NCBI GenBank assembly: GCA_041497675.1
Contig: JBGQGY010000113.1
Location: 1-11,810 of the forward strand
Source: a bacterium
GTDB lineage: Bacteria > Sysuimicrobiota > Sysuimicrobiia > Sysuimicrobiales > Humicultoraceae
DNA: 11,810 nt
Reading direction: 5' to 3'
Part shown: positions 8,627 through 11,810 of the stretch, piece by piece
Layout: every line of letters starts with the position of its first letter
Position numbering within the stretch: position 1 is the stretch's first letter
Position numbers and translations under genes: made by a program
The notes under the pieces: generated by a model
The model's input: only the letters and a program-made list of their open reading frames with translations
Told to the model about the DNA's origin: nothing
Database searches by the model: none

Positions 8627-9565
8627 TCACAGCCCGCGCTGCCCGGCGTAGACGAGCACCAGGCGCAGCGCGAGTCCTCCGATCAGGACCAGTGACGCCG
8701 AAAGTCGCGTCAGGCCGAACGTGGCATGACGCGTCTTGACTTCCACGATGCCGAGCGCCAACGGGACGACGATCCCGGCGGCGATCACCACCGGCCAGAA
8801 CGCCCACGCAAAGGTCCCCGTGATCAGCGCCGCGGCTGCGGCCTGTCCGGCCGCGGTGGACGTGGCCAGCCCAATCAGGTAGAGACCGACCAGCGTGAGT
8901 TCGACTGCTTCCACCGCGATCTCGCCGCGGACGAGCAGATGGTGCGCCGGCCCACCGGGGGCAACCATCAGCAGAAGCGCCGCGGCGGCCGACAACCCCG
9001 ACGCCAGGAAGAGTATCGGCAGAATCGGGCTGTTGAGCGCGGGCCGGGCCACCATCGTACCGAGCAGCACGCCGGTGTAGAGGCCAAGCGCCCCGCCCAA
9101 CACCAGGTTGATCCAGGCCAGCCGACGCATCCGCGGGCCGGCCCATCGCTCGACGCGTTGCAGCCACCGATGGAGCCGCGGGAAACGGCACACCCCCACG
9201 CGTGCGCGGATCGATAGGAGGGCGGGAATCGCCGCCAGCGAGGAGGTGAGGAGGATCGCCAGCAGGATCCAGGCCCCCCACGACATCGGGCTGCGCACGC
9301 GCAGGGTCAGGTAGAGCCAGAAGGGCGTCCACTTGCTGCCAAGATCGAGCCACAGCACGATCAGACCCAGGAGGATGGTCGGTGGCGTCAGTAACGTCGC
9401 CGCGCGTACGGCCGGCAAGAGCTCACGACGCCTCCCGGTCAGATGCGCCCACGACGCAAACATCAGCAGGCCGGCGGCCAGCCCGCCCAGGAAGAGGTAG
9501 ACGGCCACCGGCCATCCCCACAGGTGGAGGTGAGCGTTCAGCGCGCCGTCACGCAATTCGAGCAC
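8627..9565 (-). CDS. psrC: NrfD/PsrC-family membrane anchor (quinol-interacting)
   Basis: WGWPVAVYLFLGGLAAG, WLDLG, SPMSWGAW, YTGVLL, LPILFLASGLSAA, GGLALR..LVYAGQ. Many TM segments. GTG start with RBS GGAGGAGGT. Confidence 0.92.
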   Translation of the reverse strand: MLELRDGALNAHLHLWGWPVAVYLFLGGLAAGLLMFASWAHLTGRRRELLPAVRAATLLTPPTILLGLIVLWLDLGSKWTPFWLYLTLRVRSPMSWGAWILLAILLTSSLAAIPALLSIRARVGVCRFPRLHRWLQRVERWAGPRMRRLAWINLVLGGALGLYTGVLLGTMVARPALNSPILPILFLASGLSAAAALLLMVAPGGPAHHLLVRGEIAVEAVELTLVGLYLIGLATSTAAGQAAAAALITGTFAWAFWPVVIAAGIVVPLALGIVEVKTRHATFGLTRLSASLVLIGGLALRLVLVYAGQRGL

Positions 9566-10130
9566 TGCGCACCTCCTCCAGACTCACGGCGCCGTTGAGG
9601 AAGAAGAACTTGGGTTTCGTCCCCAGGTCGGGTCGGTCGACCTCGATCTTCTTGGCCGAGGCGAGCGTCTTGTTGATCGGGCTGTTGGCATCATCGAGGT
9701 CGCCGAAGACCAGCGCACGGGTCGGGCAGACTTCGACGCACGCAGGCTCGCGGCCGCGGGCGATCCGGTGGTCGCACAGCGTGCACTTGTCGACGAACCC
9801 ACGCGGGTGCGGGTAGCGCATGCCGTAGGGGCAGGCCGACACGCAGGCGCGGCAGCCGATGCAGATGTTGTAGTCGACCAGGCAGACCTTGTCATCGTTG
9901 ACATAGGTCGCGCCGGTTGGGCAGACGTCGACGCACGGCGGTTTCTCGCAGTGGTAGCACTGCATGTGCAGAAACATCAGGCGCAGGTTGCCTTCGTCGC
10001 CGACCGCCACCTCGCCGACCCGTCGCCGCAGGTAGCCTTCGGGCACGTCGTTCTCAATCGCGCAGGCAACGGCGCACGCCTCGCACCCGATGCACCGGTC
10101 GAGATCAACCGCCATCCCGTAGCGCGCCAC
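9549..10130 (-). CDS. psrB: 4x[4Fe-4S] electron-transfer subunit (PsrB/NrfC/DmsB family)
   Basis: CIGCEACAVAC, CYHCEKPPCVDVCPTGA, CIGCRACVSACPY, KCTLC, PACVEVCPTRAL.FGDL, GTKP. GTG start, RBS AGGAGG. Confidence 0.95.
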   Translation of the reverse strand: MARYGMAVDLDRCIGCEACAVACAIENDVPEGYLRRRVGEVAVGDEGNLRLMFLHMQCYHCEKPPCVDVCPTGATYVNDDKVCLVDYNICIGCRACVSACPYGMRYPHPRGFVDKCTLCDHRIARGREPACVEVCPTRALVFGDLDDANSPINKTLASAKKIEVDRPDLGTKPKFFFLNGAVSLEEVRSARIA

Positions 10131-10132
10131 GG

Positions 10133-11810
10133 CTAGGCCTCCTGTCCCTGCCGCGCCGATCCGGGACGCGCGCGCCCCGTCGGTTGCAGACGCACGAAGT
10201 TCACCCGCAGGCCGGCACCGCCGCTGATGGGATCCAGCGCGTACCGGGTCTGCAGCGCCGTGTCGCTCGCGCCCTTCTTGTGCGCGCGGCGCATACCCGG
10301 GGCATCGTGGCCAAAGCCGTGCACCAGGTAGACGCAGTCCTTGCGGATGCGCGCGGTAGCGCGGACCTTCACGGGGCCGCTGGCCGCGTTGTCCTGGTTC
10401 ACGAGCATGACGCGGTCCCCGGAGACCAGCCCCAGACGCGCGGCGATCGTCCGGTTGACCCAGACCTCGTTCTCGTCCATGAGACGCGTCAGCACCGGAT
10501 TGTTCTGCGTCCGGCCGAACGTGTGCACCGGCGCGCGGCCGTAGAGCAGGCGGAAGTGGCCCTCGGGCGGTTCGGCGACCGCTGTGTACCGCGGCAGCGG
10601 GTCGTGCCCGGTCTTCGCGAGTTCCTCGCAGTAGATCAGGATCTTGCCGTTTTGGGTCGGGAATGGCGACTTGCCCTTCCAGTCATCGAGATATGGCTTG
10701 CCCTTCTGGATGCTCACCCCGGCCTTCCTCATGTCAGCCAGGTTGAGGCCGACGGAGTTGAGCCGCTGTTCCAGATACTCCTCAATCGTCTTCCAGGGGA
10801 AGTACTGCTCGAGTCCCAGCCGCAGACCGAGTTCGCGCGCGATCCACCAGCCAGGTTTCGTGTCGTACATCGGCCGCACGACCGGCTGGCGCAGGGCGAT
10901 GAATGGTCGCTTGTGCGGGATCACGATCAGATCGTCGTACCGCTCGAGGTACGTGCACTCCGGGAGCACAACATCGGCCCACCGGATGTGGTCCTGCGGC
11001 AAAATGTCGATGGCGACGGAGAAGTCCAGCGCCTGCAGCGCTTTGCGGGTGCGCGCCGGGTTGGGCAGCGAGTGGAACAGGTTGACGGCGTAGGCGACCA
11101 ACCCCTTGATCGGGTACGGCTCGCCGGTGATCATCGGCTCGATCAATTCCTGGATCGCGACCCCACCGCGCAGGAACGTCTTGCGGGCACCGTCGGCCCT
11201 GGGCTTTCTTCCCGCGGGGACCTCCGGACCGGAGGTCGTCGGGCCCGCTCAGCCACCCGCCTCGGACCCGATTGGGAAGGGCGGCAGCGGGTACTCTTCG
11301 ATGTAGGGCGACTCGGCGATGTAGAGGCCGCCTTGCCTTCCCCAGTTACCCAGCAGGATGTTGACGAGGTACACCGCGCGCATCCGCTGCGTGTCGTTGC
11401 CGTACCAGACGACGTGTCTGCCGGGGACCAGCACTGCCCGCGGCCGCACGCGCGCCATCTCCCGTGCGATCTCGGCAATCTCATCGGCCGGGAGTTCCGT
11501 GATCTGCGCGGCCCACTGCGGCGTGAAAGGCTTCACGTGCGCCGCGAGTTTCTCGAACCCGTCCGTGTAACGAGCAATGTATTCGTGGTCATAGAGGTTT
11601 TCGGTAACCAAAACGTGCATCCACGCTAACAACAGTGCTGTGTCGGTGCCCGGTTTGATCGGGAGGTAGTGGTCGGCCTTCGAGGCTACCGTCGAAAACC
11701 GTGGATCCACGACCACGACCTTTGCGCCACGGGCACGCGCCGCCGCGAAGTCCTGCATCATCGTGTTGTGGGCGTTCTCGCCGATGTGCGTGCCCAGCAG
11801 GACGATGTAG
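10133..11810 (-). CDS. psrA: Mo-bisPGD catalytic subunit, PsrA/PhsA/SrrA clade (5'-truncated), read through an in-frame TGA at 11249-11251 as probable selenocysteine
   Basis: ORFs 11249..11761 and 10133..11146 share a frame (offset 615 nt). Continuous translation: YIVLLGTHIGENAHNT...VVDPRFS...IKPGTDTALLL...GNWGRQGG...PPFPIGSEAGG-U-AGPTTSGPEVPAGRKPRADGARKTFLRGGVAIQELIEPMITGEPYPIKG...WADVVLPECTYLER...HTFGRTQNN...HGFGH. These are DMSO-reductase-family motifs and the gene is followed by psrB and psrC. Confidence 0.92.
11214..11248 (-). promoter_or_regulatory. Candidate bacterial SECIS element directly 3' of the in-frame UGA
   Basis: mRNA: UGA GCGGGCCCGAC GACCUCC-GGUCC-GGAGGUC CCCGC. A perfect upper stem (11237-11219) begins after an 11-nt spacer and its loop contains GGUC. 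A lower stem pairs GCGGG (11248-11244) with CCCGC (11218-11214). Confidence 0.8.

Noticed and set aside
2527..9551. Genome-wide TGA reassignment (genetic code 4 or 25)
   Set aside because: TGA ends usp, porA, the gamma-delta fusion, moeA-mobB, psrC and psrB at their expected C-termini, so read-through at 11249 must be site-specific.
9917..11629. 570-aa plus-strand ORF
   Set aside because: Antisense shadow of psrA/psrB with no recognisable motifs.
10133..11761. psrA as two separate genes or a frameshifted pseudogene
   Set aside because: Both ORFs are in one frame. The gap encodes conserved-looking sequence (KPRAD, AIQELIEP), and the only lesion is one TGA followed by a SECIS-like hairpin. 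A nonsense mutation is not fully excluded but is less parsimonious.

Overview
High-GC bacterial chromosomal window devoted to anaerobic energy metabolism. On the minus strand, right to left: a 5'-truncated polysulfide/thiosulfate/selenite-reductase-type molybdoenzyme operon (psrA-psrB-psrC plus an exported rhodanese); a pyruvate/2-oxoacid:ferredoxin oxidoreductase operon (fused gamma-delta, alpha, beta); a universal stress protein; a DrrAB-like ABC-2 exporter; a small exported protein that looks internally deleted; and the 5' part of citrate synthase. A plus-strand MoeA-MobB fusion lies between the psr and por operons. Main result: the two apparent psrA fragments in the ORF track share one frame and are separated only by a single in-frame TGA (11249-11251, context AGG-*-AGP). 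A SECIS-like hairpin starts 11 nt after it, and the TGA falls where, from my recollection, Thermus PsrA has Cys (AGGCSGP). This points to a selenocysteine-containing PsrA with Sec in a loop rather than at the Mo-ligand position. No database searches were run; family calls rest on motifs and recalled homologs.
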